From: Perkinsus chesapeaki ATCC PRA-425
Lineage: Eukaryota > Protista > Perkinsozoa
Direction of reading: 5' to 3'
DNA: 37,876 nucleotides
NCBI GenBank assembly: GCA_013115145.1
Contig: JAAPAO010000341.1
Location: forward strand, 1-37,876
The notes below the pieces were generated by a model that worked only from the letters and a program-made list of their open reading frames with translations, made no database searches and was not told the origin of the DNA. This document shows, in pieces, positions 21,474-34,113 of this stretch. The position numbers were made by a program, and so were the translations under genes. Each line of letters starts with the position of its first letter. Positions within the stretch are counted from its first letter, which is position 1.

Positions 21474-24400
21474 TCATGCAAGATGAGTATATCTATTAAC
21501 TAAACGTCTCCATGTCCCCTTCACATGTACGGTCTCCACATCGAACACATTAACCTGACGGACACTGGGCTGGAGCATGATATCTAGTGATTGACCTACC
21601 CCAATATGAAACAGTTTCTCTGGGTCGCTTACGTCCTGTGCCAATATACTTGTCACCACTGCGGCATCATCACTTGAATCAACCAGCCCAAGTTTCATAA
21701 TTATATCCATAAACATCGCGCACGGTATGATGCCCCCCGCAACTGGCTGATCAGTCTCAGAAGCCGCCGACCGTAGCAAAGCCGATATGGGTTGACTCGT
21801 AATGAATGAACCTGATGACATCGAAAGATGTCTACATGAATTACGGATTAGTAAGGTATCTCAATCGATGTTAGTTGTAGGCGTAGGACATTACAAGGCA
21901 GTTGCGAGACGACCGCTTACAAGCGAAACTGATAATAACTATACAGGGTCTTGCCGGTTTATTAATCGCTCGCCGGATGCGAATCACAAGTCTGTCTTCA
22001 CAAAAAGCTCCCATTGAATAGAAACGAGGCCTCCAAAGAGTTTGCTATCGAACGGCAATTATGGAGCCTACTTTCTATAGTATCAGATTGCTCCTGCCTA
22101 GCGCGCTTGTCCTCCTCTATCCGCTTGGTAATCTCCGTAAAGAAGGATTCCAATATCCAAGACAGTTCTTCTGCATTCATCGGGCTCGACCATGATGGCA
22201 GTGTCAGATAGAATGCATCGCCCAAGCTAAATCAACAAGTGATCAGCCATGGAGTACAGTATGGTCCCACAGCGCCTCGGTAGCAGCCAGAAACTTCGCA
22301 TCATCCCGACTTATGCCAAGCCTGTTCGTAAGGAAGCCGAGAATGTCGCTATCGTCCGAGCCACCTGTCATGCCAAGTATGAGGAAATGGCCCATTTCAA
22401 ATGGGTCAGAGAGGAGCGTTCTATCTCCCCACAAGGAACGTATCCGATCTTCGGTTTTGTACTAGGAACATATTTTCAAGAACCGACTCTCCGCATAATT
22501 CTGCGCTATCATATCTCTGCATTAGGAACAACTTTGCGGCCTGTGTGGGAGCCTGCTTATGGAAATGCTTACGGTTCTGAAACGCTTCCAATACTAAGGG
22601 CATACTGAACTGATTTCGCCGTGCTCTCCAGACTAGCCAGTTCTGTAGCAACGCCTAGATGAGCTAATACTAAGTAAGGTAGTAGTAGCCTGCACTCACG
22701 AGCCTCTCTGAGTCGATAGCAGGGCGGCCAACTTGATCTGAGAGTATGAGAATGTCAACCCACGCCACCAGTGGCTCCCCATCATCATTGTCGATGCCAG
22801 GGCTTGTACCTAGCACACCCTTTCACTAGTGCCAACAGGCCATTGGTGAGCTCCTAACTAAACTCAAATAATAGAACCTATACTATACACACAAGACTAC
22901 AAGGAAGAGTGGTATGTATTAGGCATACTGTAGCTCTGGTTGTCTTGTCCACTTACTTCCAGCTTTGCTCAGCAACTCGCAGAAATCCCGCAGGACTGCT
23001 CGTATCGGTTTCGGTCTAGACGGTAATACCTGAGTATGTTTCGTTGCTCAGGGTTTGAAATGAGACTTCATCAACAAGCGAAAAGTTGGAATACTAATAA
23101 TGTGAAAAATGGACATGTGATGACGGAGGTGGAATGCTATCAAACTATCAATCGTTTAACTCGCTCTCACTAGTTAGACATATTTCATGTCAGTATTGGC
23201 AACATCCTTGTATTTCGCTCGGGAGTGCAAGTCCATCATATTATCCAGGGAATATGGCACGAAGTAGTAAGTATATTGCCAGCCAATACAAAATGACGTG
23301 GACAAGAATGCATAACACAACGCCCTAACGGGAGGAGCTAACCTTTATTAATTGGTCCACTGTCAGTAAGCCATCACCATCTTCATCAACGGCCGCTAGT
23401 TGCCTTGCTAGACTCGCGTATTTACCGACGTGGCTCTTTAATAACCATAGATACTCTTTTGCACGACAGTCTAGCTGTTTGGAGTCGAGGATCTGAGGGA
23501 CGGAGCTTTCAGCGAATATTCTATCTAGCTCCGAAGGAGCCTCCGTCACGGAGGTGGTTCACGCCAATTCCGACATGAAAGGGCAACACGTTATTTTGCG
23601 AGCTCAGAGCCTACATGCGCTAGTAAGGGCGCGTCTTCCTCGTCAACTTGAGTTCTAGCATAAACCGGATCTGGCACTATTAAAGAGCTCGGCACGGGCC
23701 ATGCCGAACCCTCCGCTCGATGGTCTCCCGCCCTCGGTCGTAACGTCATTGCCGCCTCGTGGGCTTTCTTTGCGGCCACTTGTTGGGCTTCTATTTTTGA
23801 ATACCTGGAATGAAAGCAGCGAGTATCGCTTCAAAAAATATAGACTGATTCGTGCGACCGAGGCAGTTTCGGCATTGTGTTGTAAATCTCATATTAGACA
23901 GTCGCAACGGTACTATAGCACTGCTAAAGCTGCAATCGATGTTACGACTCGAACTAATATTCAATGCTCACAGATTGGCCACCAGTTGCTCCTCTCTTTC
24001 GAGCTCTCCTTCGACGGTACTGAGATCAGAAAGATCCATTTCGGCTTCTTTGATGTGCTCTTCGATTTTGGTTATCTAAAAGATATCGTGAATGTTCGAG
24101 AAAGCTTGACCGGGACTATGTTTCCTGTATTATATCGCGTTTGATCATTTATCATATGCCTGTTTCAAATGTACCGCTGATCAAGTATCACTCTGAAATA
24201 TGCAGGCCCACAGGAACACACCGCCCCCGTAGTGAACTACATATCAATTTCACGATCCTATCACTGTTGCCCGGCGAGCCGATTTACCGCATTCTCAACC
24301 TCCTCTATCTCCCTTCTATCCATCTTGGCCTGTCTTTTATACCCCTCCACCTTCAAACATATATCGTTACGTTCACATGCTACCTTAGTCAACCGGCTTT

Positions 24401-26385
24401 CTACGACCAACTAAAAAATGGAGCGTGCGAAATAGGTTTTGTTGCCGTTCAAGGAGGTGAAGTCCACGGCACCAAATACGTTTGATACCTTCAGAGATAT
24501 ATACAATTTAGCCCCATGGGCTGAAATGACAAGTCGTGAACAATGCCATACGATTTCCAACCAGATTGAAGCTGTAGTCGATTTCAACTTCGAAGGATCT
24601 TTACTTTCTCACGCTCTAGATCTTCGCACTTTGCTTGGGCTCCGAGAACACGACCGAGTGCATCAGAATGAACGGTACTGTTGTGTATCTGAGTGGGTTT
24701 CAAGAAGGCCGATGTGTAGCCACTGGTGACTCGCCAGAGACAACGACCAACACAGCAGCAGCTTGCTCTCGTACTGGTAACGTATTGGTGTTTCCTTGGA
24801 GTAGCAGTTCAATTGCAACATTACTGCTCGTGAATAAATACTGGCAATTGATGGTGTTAAACTTTTTATCATGTATTGAAGACATTGTCTTCGCCCTAAA
24901 ATTTCTTTGCGGCGTTTGTGCGACACACTCCCGAGGTTTGTCAGTCACGCAAGCGTACTGGCGAAGCAGATCCGACTCTTACTAATGAGCTACGGAGTCG
25001 GTGATACTGACGACACAACACAGTTGGCATTATTTCCAGCGCCACTCGAATCCATTGCCCCCACGCAATGCGTGGCACGCATATGCCACCTACTCGTTCG
25101 GAAATCCGATTAACCTCACGTTTCACTCTGATGATCTCATCTTCAACCTGGGAAAGGAATCAGGCTACATGTTATGTAGTCAATCGCAGCCAGTTTGTAA
25201 TCTACATCGTTTGGTTTAGCTTTTCTCAACTCTTCTCCCAACGTTGCTAGCTGCTGTTCTTTCGATTCTAGGTGAAGTCTAAGGTCAAGGGCTCGTCTAA
25301 GAATAGACGGAATCTTCAAATAATGGCAACCTAACTCGGGCTTCGCATTGAACTCACTTTCTTTCTGTCAACGCTGATACGGTATCGTTTATAGTTTGTT
25401 CCAGTGCGTCTGCCTTGACGGCGCCCCCAGCTACCTTACCGCCTATACGAACCTAGCCATAACCTATTTCACCTTCCTTCCAATAACAAGCTCACGCTTT
25501 GAAGGAGCTCTATTATTAGCCTATCCTTTCTGATTGAGTTCTTGTCCGCCTCTATAGTTGAAATTTTCAAAGCCTAAGGTGGGCAGATGGGAGTCGACTC
25601 GGTAGGTTGCACCACCTGGGCTTCCTTATCAATTTCCGCGATTTCCCTTCTGAGATGACCCGCTGTTTCGATGAGACTTTCACGGTCTTGAAGACGTTCC
25701 CGGCCGGTGAGAACCTTGGTTATACTAACGTTGGATAAGACTCTCCTACCCTCTCGGCTGGTGCCTCTCGAGGCCGCTGAGTGTCGGCAACTCTCGCGAC
25801 AGCATTACTTCCTGAAGGTTATGCAGGAAATGAGAGCCTTCAATCTTCAAAAAATTTATCCTAATTTCCGGATCGCTGAGTTCAGATTTCATATCACGTT
25901 TTATAACGGGAATGAGCTAGTTAGGCAAGACGAGTTTCGTTCCACGGTGGAACTTCCACCTAGTGATTTGGCGTTGGTACACCATTTCAGCAGTAAGAAA
26001 GCAAAGCAGCCATTTGATATAGCGGAATATGAGCGATTCATACGTTAAATATTACGATATTTGCCTTGATTAGTATCATTGATATACCTCTATGATCCTC
26101 CATCCTAGTTCCGGCAGGTGCCGATCCAGGCCTGCTTTTGTATGCTTTTCGTAAGATACGTTCTCCGGAAGCTTCGATCCTATTCTCACTGTCCTCTCGG
26201 CTCTCATGGCTCAATACTGCATCGGCGATTCGGTCGATCTCCCTTTTAGTAATATGTCGCCTTGGTGAGCTTGTGGCCATCACTATTAACCTCTTCGATC
26301 CAAACTGCGTCGTCTCGGTGGGTTCCCTTTGGTGGGAATCACTTTTAAGATGAGATGCGCGTTCTAACATTTCCTTTATTTTCAT
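21474..26385 (-). CDS. Long multi-exon coiled-coil protein with an EF-hand-like loop; N-terminus resembles IQCE/lebercilin-type ciliary proteins
   Basis: Many short GT-AG introns. Exons include RERLQDRESLIETAGHLRREIAEIDKEAQ|ALKISTIEADKNSIRKDRLIIELLQS, RRALDLRLHLESKEQQLATLGEELRKAKPND|VEDEIIRVKREVNRISER, ITKIEEHIKEAEMDLS and DEDGDGLLTVDQL (EF-hand-like). Not every junction was resolved and the family call is inference. Confidence 0.6.
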
Positions 26386-26469
26386 CGCATCAATTCAAGG
26401 ATTCAATTTGTGTCAACATACATAGCAACGTATCAACTCGATAGTTCAAAGATCGAGTCGAGAGAGAGT

Positions 26470-27700
26470 CTTACGCGGTTTTAGAGGGAGTGTATCGACC
26501 CGACGAGATCGAGCTCTCTTGAGTAGAACGATAACGAGGTGCGAGTAGCGAGCCTTTACTTCCCACTCGTATACTGTCCACAACAATGGATCTCATTAAG
26601 AAAATTAACAACATGCCACATGAACATGTAGCACTAAGTCCAACTCCGAAAATAGTCAAGGGATAAGCTTATACAACGACAAGGCTGATATATTTCTGTC
26701 ATTAAAATCGGTGCCACTGCGGTTTGATCTTGTTAACCACTCAGCATCGGAATAACGAATGCCAGGCTGCACCTCGGAAAAACAGCACAGCCGATGGCCT
26801 TATACCCGTCGCAGCTGCGCCGCAGGTTACTCCAGATCTCTGCATATTAAGAGAAGGGCATAGAACTGCTATAGTCCATATCAACCGCATGCCAGCCGTC
26901 ACCTGACCGTCGCGTTCGGGCAGAAGGGAGTGGTTTAATCTGTACCATGTACTGCTCGTTTGATAAGAAAAGTCCCAAGCTGGCTGGTTGGCGCCTTTGC
27001 TGGAATTATATTGTTGGAGCATGACGTTTTCGCTCGCACCATTGCAAAGAAGGCGCTCAAAAAAGCGTTTCCGAGGCAAATTGTTTCGCTTTGGTCTTTT
27101 CGTCGCGTTAGAGTAACGCATGTTCTATCAAAAAGTCGTTATAGATCGCCTTACTCGCGATAGCCTTCTGGTACTTTCCTCGTCCTAGCCTTTCTTTGCT
27201 AGAGAAATTGGATCCCTAGTGGGGTGGATGTTTTTACTCCGAGCCCACTCCAGAACGATTGAATTAGCTGTCTTGGCATTCGAGTCGATCACTATTCTTA
27301 AGTGTTGCCGGCTGTGTCAGCGGGTTTCTAAATCCACATAATCGACCGTTGGCGTTACCCGAAATGACATCTCTATGGCATATTGTCGCGTTTAGCCTTT
27401 TTGGCGTGGCTATCGCTGAAATCAAAGGTAAAGCTTAGCGCACTAAGCACCCTAACGTGTCACCAAGCGTATCATTGTTCTCAGTCACGGTCCCATCTGG
27501 CTTCAACGAAGAATCCTCCGATGTCTGTATGGTCGATAGTGGCTCTACTGGCTCCGTTATTTTCCGTGTGCAACCCCTTTCCGTTGCTGACGAGGCCCGT
27601 AGTTCTCGCGGGGGGGCCAGTGGTAGAGCAGCAGAAACCAGGACCAAAGTCATTCAAATGATTCATTTGGACTGTCAAGGGGACGAGCCTTTAGGGTGAG
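26470..27700 (-). other. Possible additional spliced hypothetical gene or pseudogene
   Basis: Exon-like open segments bounded by GT/AG (VIDSNAKTANSIVLEWARSKNI, TCVTLTRRKDQSETICLGNAFLSAFFAM, SLGLFLSNEQYMVQIKPL), but no fully consistent frame. Confidence 0.25.
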
Positions 27701-28058
27701 TCAAATTCATGGGTCATCAATAGTTCTCACGTCCTCCTAGATTCTAGTCTTCCTTTACGCTTGTACGATCAATTGACAATCAGCAGTTGCTTCCTGCCGA
27801 CGCTGTGTAATGGTGATGGATGACGCTTATTAGGTGTGATCTTCGTGTTCTCAAAAAGACCCGCCTCTGTCTAGCCTGGGATCAAAAGTTATCACACTTT
27901 GGCCTTTACAACTGTTGCTGAAACATAACTTCGTATCTAGTTTATAACTCGCATGTTCACCGTCATTGCCTCAGTACTTTACCCGTCCCCACATCTGCAG
28001 GATCTGCCCAGCACCCTTCGATTACTAGAGAGGAGTAGTAAAATGCAGACAGTATCGC

Positions 28059-28340
28059 TTGCGAATCTTTTGCTCTGTCAGTGCGACCGAGCTTCTGGAC
28101 AGGAACAGAAGAATACCCCTTCCCTCCTACACAAAACTATATACCACGTATTACGACAATAGGACCCAATTCCGGCTATGCAAGACTGCAGTAACTATTC
28201 TGGCTGATGGTTTAAATGAAGTGTCCAATAAAAATATGGTAAGAAAGATTTGCAAAAGGCGATTTCGCAATGGCCTGCCACGATACCAACAAAAAATAAC
28301 AAAGTCGAAGGGCCGCAAGATGCGGGAAACAGTGCTGTAG
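28059..28340 (+). CDS. Family 2 paralog or fragment, inverted relative to 19836-20669
   Basis: ELLDRNRRIPLPSYTKLYTTYYDNRTQFRLCKTAVTILADGL aligns with the core of 19836-20669. The 5' exons were not identified. Confidence 0.55.
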   Translation: MRIFCSVSATELLDRNRRIPLPSYTKLYTTYYDNRTQFRLCKTAVTILADGLNEVSNKNMVRKICKRRFRNGLPRYQQKITKSKGRKMRETVL

Positions 28341-28722
28341 ACGTGACAGAAGTTAGGTACTGCTAGCCAAAAACATTTGTTTGCGTCCATGTACCGCAAG
28401 AGAGCGATGTTGTTGTTACTCGTCACGTGTGATGTTCTAGTTCTTAACGAATCACACGAAGGCATCGACATGAACAATATGTAAACCGAAATATTTAAAG
28501 CTTAATATTATATCCCCGAAATACAGTAGAGATCTCTCTCTACTTCACTATCACCTATCGCCGAAGTGGATCGAGGCATTCAACGCAACAAACATACCAT
28601 GCGACTTGAAATACAAAACATTACTTTCTAGAATACTAGAATTCATTCAACAGAGTTTACATTGTCAGATAATACCATTTATCAAACAACTGTAAAGATT
28701 AGAGTCAACTTAAAATGAGAAA

Positions 28723-29568
28723 CTAACATCTGGTAATTGTAGTACTGAAGACATTCACAAGTTCAACGTAAACACCCTCATAGGTATAGATGGCATAAAG
28801 GCTAGAGTCTAACTGTTCCAGCAAGGTGGCCAAGTTCTCATCAGGATTGGTGAAAACGATTTCATAACCATCAAGATAATACTCGGCAGTGAAAGTCTCA
28901 CCGGCAACATAAACCGTGATCTTACCAGATACTTCCGGTGTTACTTTAATAGGACCAAGAGGAGTTTCACCACACCAGTCACCAGCCAAGTCCTCGTTAG
29001 TTGGAAGATCAGTGGGAGCGGCAGTAGTCTCGGGCAAGTTGCTCGGGGACGCACTAGTCTCGGGCAAGTTGCTCGGGGACGCACTAGTCTCGGGCAAGTT
29101 CGTTGGGGGAGCAGTTACCATTTCGCAAGCGTAGGGTTCTCCAACACATTCCTCATCGGTGGGATCAAAACACAAACTTCCATCCTTTTTAATGATGATA
29201 CCGAAGCAGACGGGAGGATCCTGCCACGTCTTGCAATAAGTACCCCATTTTGAATCCTTGCAACCAGTGATACCATTACAGACATCCTCGCAGGTTGTCA
29301 TCGGATATTCAGCACATTGGACTGGCTCGAGAAGAGCATCATCACAATCGGTAGCATTAGTACCAGGTTGATAGCACTTGGAATCACCCTTGTGGTAGAG
29401 ACCAAAACAAAGACCGTTGTCTTTACAGTATGACTGTTCACAACCATCGGTCTGAATGCACATATCCGCACAGCAATCACCAGTAACAAAAGCATCCTCT
29501 GAAGCTACACCACCAAACCCGACAGCAGCTTCGAAGATAGTAGCAGCAACAACAACGCGCATGGTCAT
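28723..29568 (-). CDS. Secreted Cys-rich protein with Pro/Thr stalk and C-terminal beta domain, 281 aa (paralog 2)
   Basis: Signal peptide. GCEQSYCKDNGLCFGLY and WGTYCKTWQDPPVCFGI modules match the 17157-18080 protein. SNLPETSASP repeats and a WCG domain follow. Intronless. Confidence 0.9.
   Translation of the reverse strand: MTMRVVVAATIFEAAVGFGGVASEDAFVTGDCCADMCIQTDGCEQSYCKDNGLCFGLYHKGDSKCYQPGTNATDCDDALLEPVQCAEYPMTTCEDVCNGITGCKDSKWGTYCKTWQDPPVCFGIIIKKDGSLCFDPTDEECVGEPYACEMVTAPPTNLPETSASPSNLPETSASPSNLPETTAAPTDLPTNEDLAGDWCGETPLGPIKVTPEVSGKITVYVAGETFTAEYYLDGYEIVFTNPDENLATLLEQLDSSLYAIYTYEGVYVELVNVFSTTITRC
29021..29110. repeat. Three 30-bp coding tandem repeats (about SNLPETSASP)
   Basis: Units at 29021, 29051 and 29081 (gcactagtctcgggcaagttgctcggggac). 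Confidence 0.95.
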
Positions 29569-30768
29569 TTGGAAATTTTCGAAAATATCTAAACCACAGA
29601 AACTATAGTATCATTATTATACTGGCTGATTACGGTTAATTTTTATCGCTGCTTTAGTTCTAGCATCAGTAAGCTTGATACACTCACTGAATCACGGCTA
29701 GCTTGCAGCACCTTGTACAGTTGTGAAATTTCGCTGTCCCGCAACACACTCACGGCCAACTTTCTTCTTTACTTCCGCGTAAGCGCTTCATAGGAGCAAG
29801 CGAGTGCCGCTGAAAAGATCAAGGGCGTTGAGAAAAGTGTCTGTTTCACAGATGTCAAGATTATCGACTGGCGAAGTTGTCACCGTTCAACATAACCATA
29901 CCGTATATGACTACTTGGAGGTTTGTCGCTACAAGTGGGAGTAGGTTCTCTTGATACTAGTTACATCTGGCGTACAGTGTGAATAAGAATATGTGGTCTA
30001 AATACCCTCAGTAGAGGCACATAGAATGAGTGGTCTAACTCAGCCGTTAGCACCGTTAGGCTATAAGCCCGCACGCGCAACTATGTGAACACCAGCATGC
30101 TATATATTCTGCAATTATATTCGTTTCGTGGTTCGACCTTGCCATTCAACGCTGTTGTAACATCGTCTCCGTTTCATGACTAATTCTACTTCGAGTGGTA
30201 ATATCAAATGGGAGTTACTCTTACGGTTAGCTCGTGATAGACGTGTAATAACACTTTTAATAACTCGAAAGATTCTCATCGAGAAGGGTTACTCATTAAC
30301 GATCATGCAAAATATACCGAATGCTCATAAATTAAATCTTCAATTTCTTAGCAGCGGTTGGCTTGGCTTCATCACCGATGTCAGGATGACCACCGTAACG
30401 TTCCAAACACCTGATAGACGCATCATGTAAAGGACGAGTCCGAGAAGATGTAGATCCGCAAGAACCATTTAATCATCAGAGATATATATAATGTTAAAGT
30501 TTATCCCGTAACCTGTCATATTCTATTCAAGTTAGAAATCGCTAATCTTGAGATTCAGTTATGGACCATATGATACAGAGTCTTGAAATGAAGTGTCGAG
30601 ATGACCATTATAACTACACTCAATACAACAATCACGCCACACCGCATCTGGCCTTACCAAAAACGGCAGAAATTTTCCAGTTTCAAGATCAACTCTAGAG
30701 GGAATTTCAGATGTCAACTAAGGCAGCCTTCCGAGCATCATTATACATTCGAGTACGTTGATATTGAT

Positions 30769-33332
30769 CTATTCAACAATGTTCCACAAATAACGACGGT
30801 ACTGACATGATACCAAACGAGGAAATGAATGCCGGAAAAGATTACTGACTGACCTTTTTTTGGCTTCCGGATGCTCACACTGTTGCCTAATCCATGGATG
30901 CCTCAAGATGTCATCCAAACTCATACGCTTAGAAGGGTCTTTAACAAGCATTCCCTGAATAAATTGAATACACTACAAATAGCGCCATCGCCGTCACCAG
31001 AGTAGCTTGTGGCCTTATATACTTATTAATGATCGAGTCCGCTAGTTTATATTGGCTATTAATTGGACTTAGCCAGGCATCACCAACATATAGGAGAATG
31101 CAGATATGTTCCCCTTCAGCCATTTTCCAATGCACACCCTCATTTCAAAGGCTCGAAGTGCAATCACAAGCTTCTGGCCACATCAACTCTTGGTTAGTTA
31201 GCCATACTTACACAATGTCTAATTATACTGTATCATTTCCTTACTCTTATATTATAATATTCGGATTGAGTTATATGCAGTTTCAACAAAGCCATCTAGA
31301 CGCTTAATACTAATACCGAAACCTAATAGTTCACGATATGAAACTCTCTCAATGGTCAGAGTCTCACTGGCGTTTACGACAGTTGCAACAGACTTATCTT
31401 ATATCACTCTTCATCAAGCTATGTCATTTACTGTACTCAATATCATTAATGGTATCACCCTATTCGTACAGCTAACAAATAGTTTACAAGTATAACATAT
31501 CGATTATATAATATATAGGTAAGCACTGCCCTGCCTGCTGACTCGCCCCTCCCCCGAGCGAACGGTACTTCAAACTCATTATAAAGTGGAGAATACGTAG
31601 GTAATCGCAGACTAAAGTGAAGAATTATTCCGCATAATTATTTCGTATTCCAAAAAAAGGTGTCATCATTAAGGTTCCGATAATGTATTGATGAAGGTCT
31701 CTTACTCTAATAAGACTGATGGCTTGGCGGCTGAGGAAGCTTGGGAACTTGACATCGACATTTTTAATCTTCTGATATGTCGCTTTCTTAGATTCATCCT
31801 CGAATGGTGGGGAACCAACCAGGAATTCATAACTGAAAATTGGGCTAATATTAGTACCGTTTGAGGGTAAGCTCACTACACAGGAGGGATAACGATTAGT
31901 ACGCGCTCAAGGATGACTTATAACTTCTTATAAAAATATGAAAAATTTGACTGCTTTAAATTTATAGTTAAATAAGTGTGGCAAATTCTTATCCATTTAG
32001 TGTGCCATTATACTCATTATATTACTATTCATATAGCATACGCCAGAAACGTTTATTGGCGAATGCATCTTTGTAGCTCAAAGCCTATACTTTGATATAT
32101 TAGAATTAGGCACCGACTTCCTCATCTACCTATCAATAAACAACTGCTGACGATGATCATCGATATTACAATACTCAAGCGCGAGTCGCGAAATTGCCTC
32201 GACAGCGATCCAGGAAACTCCCTTCCACTTTATTCCCCAAGAGGAGCTCGGTAGACCACTAACGTCCTCTACTCCCCACATACGTAAAAAAACCAAGCAA
32301 GAATGATTCCACCCAACGTACGCCAGCACCCCAAGGCCCCAAATGTCAACACCAAAATCATGCTTTTGGGCACCGACCATCTCAGGGGGGAGGTAGTCCT
32401 AAGAAAGTCAAGTCGCTTCGGCAATGCGGCGGCATCAGAAACCGTACCAGGGTTCCACAGAATGTGTCTCGTCTCGAATTCGGGGCATGAACCGACCAAC
32501 CGAAATCCGCGATCTTCAAAGTATCATTCAACCCTGTTCAGAGATGAGAAAATCTTTATAGTGCGGCGGCGATCAAGATACCAATTAAGATATTCTCCGG
32601 TTTGATGTCTCGATGTATGACATGCTTTTTATGACAATACTGGATAGCCAACACCATCTGTCTCATGTACCAGGCGCTCCTCGCCTCCGAGAACCGAGTC
32701 TACAAAGATATTCTCCGCAGTGCGCAATAATAAGATTCCCCGACCTTCTCTGTAAGCATCTTGTAAAGCTCGCCGCCGGGCGCCATTTCTAGCATTAGAT
32801 AAACACACTTCTCGTCCCAGAAGTAGTTAAACAACCTCAAAAAATATCTTTCGCACTATAAAGAATTCTTGGAGCTCACCTCAAGATGTTTACATGACGA
32901 AGATGCGACTGAATTTCGATTTCTCGACGAAGCTGGTGCTCCACGCCATGCTGAGAAGACGAGAAACTTTCACTCGCCACGGAATTCCCTCACCTTGATC
33001 AGTTGCTTCTTATGTAGGACTTTCAAAGCGAACACAAAGTGGCTCCTCCTCTCCCTAAGTATGACTACAAATTCTTGCGCGCCACAAAACTCACCTGGCC
33101 ACATAGACATTCCCGAATTTCCCGCTTCCCAGCTTCATTCCAATATCGATATCATTACGCTGAATTCAACACCCTACGATCCCAGGTTCGATCCCCGGAG
33201 GGCGCTTACTGAGAATATTGGCACTTTCTCCATCACTAGAGCTTTGTCCACTGGAGAGACACCGTGGATGTTATCAGCGTGCTGGTCATTTTCACGGTCG
33301 GCTAGAATACGATTGAAGCCAGATGAAGCCAT
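30769..33332 (-). CDS. AURK: Aurora kinase (Ser/Thr), multi-exon
   Basis: Spliced translation includes [90 protein letters not shown] and [13 protein letters not shown]. Exon 1 is 33332-33210; later exons are 31832-31706 and 30954 onward. The exact C-terminal exon is uncertain. Confidence 0.95.
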
Positions 33333-34113
33333 AAGAGCTGGAGAAATGAAATCTGGGAAACCGGAATCAATTTAAAGATCTGAAAAACGACACTGAAATC
33401 GCCTGGAAGAATTAAAAATCTTCAATATGAAAGTCCATGAAAGCTCCGCTGGACGCAAGGGAGCCTCAAGGTCGAATGAGAACTAGAAGACTGTGTTGAT
33501 CTGAAAGATCCTAGAGACAATGGCAGCGGAGCGAAGCATGGACCGAAGAACTTTTGAGAGCAGTGAATGGTTTCATCATCGACAGGCAAGTTATAAACTT
33601 TATATCGTTGGCGTCGTCCATCTTTCTACTATGAATTATACTATGAAATCTGCAAGGGAAAGATGGCCGACAAGAAATCAAAGAATTCCCGTTGAGGCGA
33701 TTAAGCAGGCATATAGAATATTATAACCAATGTAAATCGCACTCGGGAATGAGTCACTATTAAGGGGCGGAATTGACTCTTCAACAGAAGAAAGTGCCGT
33801 CTGCGCATGCGTGCAGACTTCAACGCACGCGTGCTGATATAACTTTCCAGTAGAACCATGCAGAATGGCATAGAAAAGCCTCCAGTTGACAACTGTGCTA
33901 GCTCGGATGGCATATCCCATGAAAGCTGCCCTATTGAGACATCCGGTGCTTATCAAAAACGACCCTACTAGGCATCGAACCCGCGATGCCTCAGCCGTTT
34001 CAGGCAAAACTCAAGAACTAATAGTAGCCACTAGTAACACACTAGTATAAATCAGTTATTTCTTCCAGCACAGTTACGAGGTACGCCACAATCAATCATA
34101 ATATCTTTTAATA

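Noticed and set aside
33183-33205. B-box/T-loop-like ggttcgatcccc in Aurora intron 1
   Set aside because: T-stem is mismatched and there is no cloverleaf; several such 9-10-mers are expected by chance in this much sequence.
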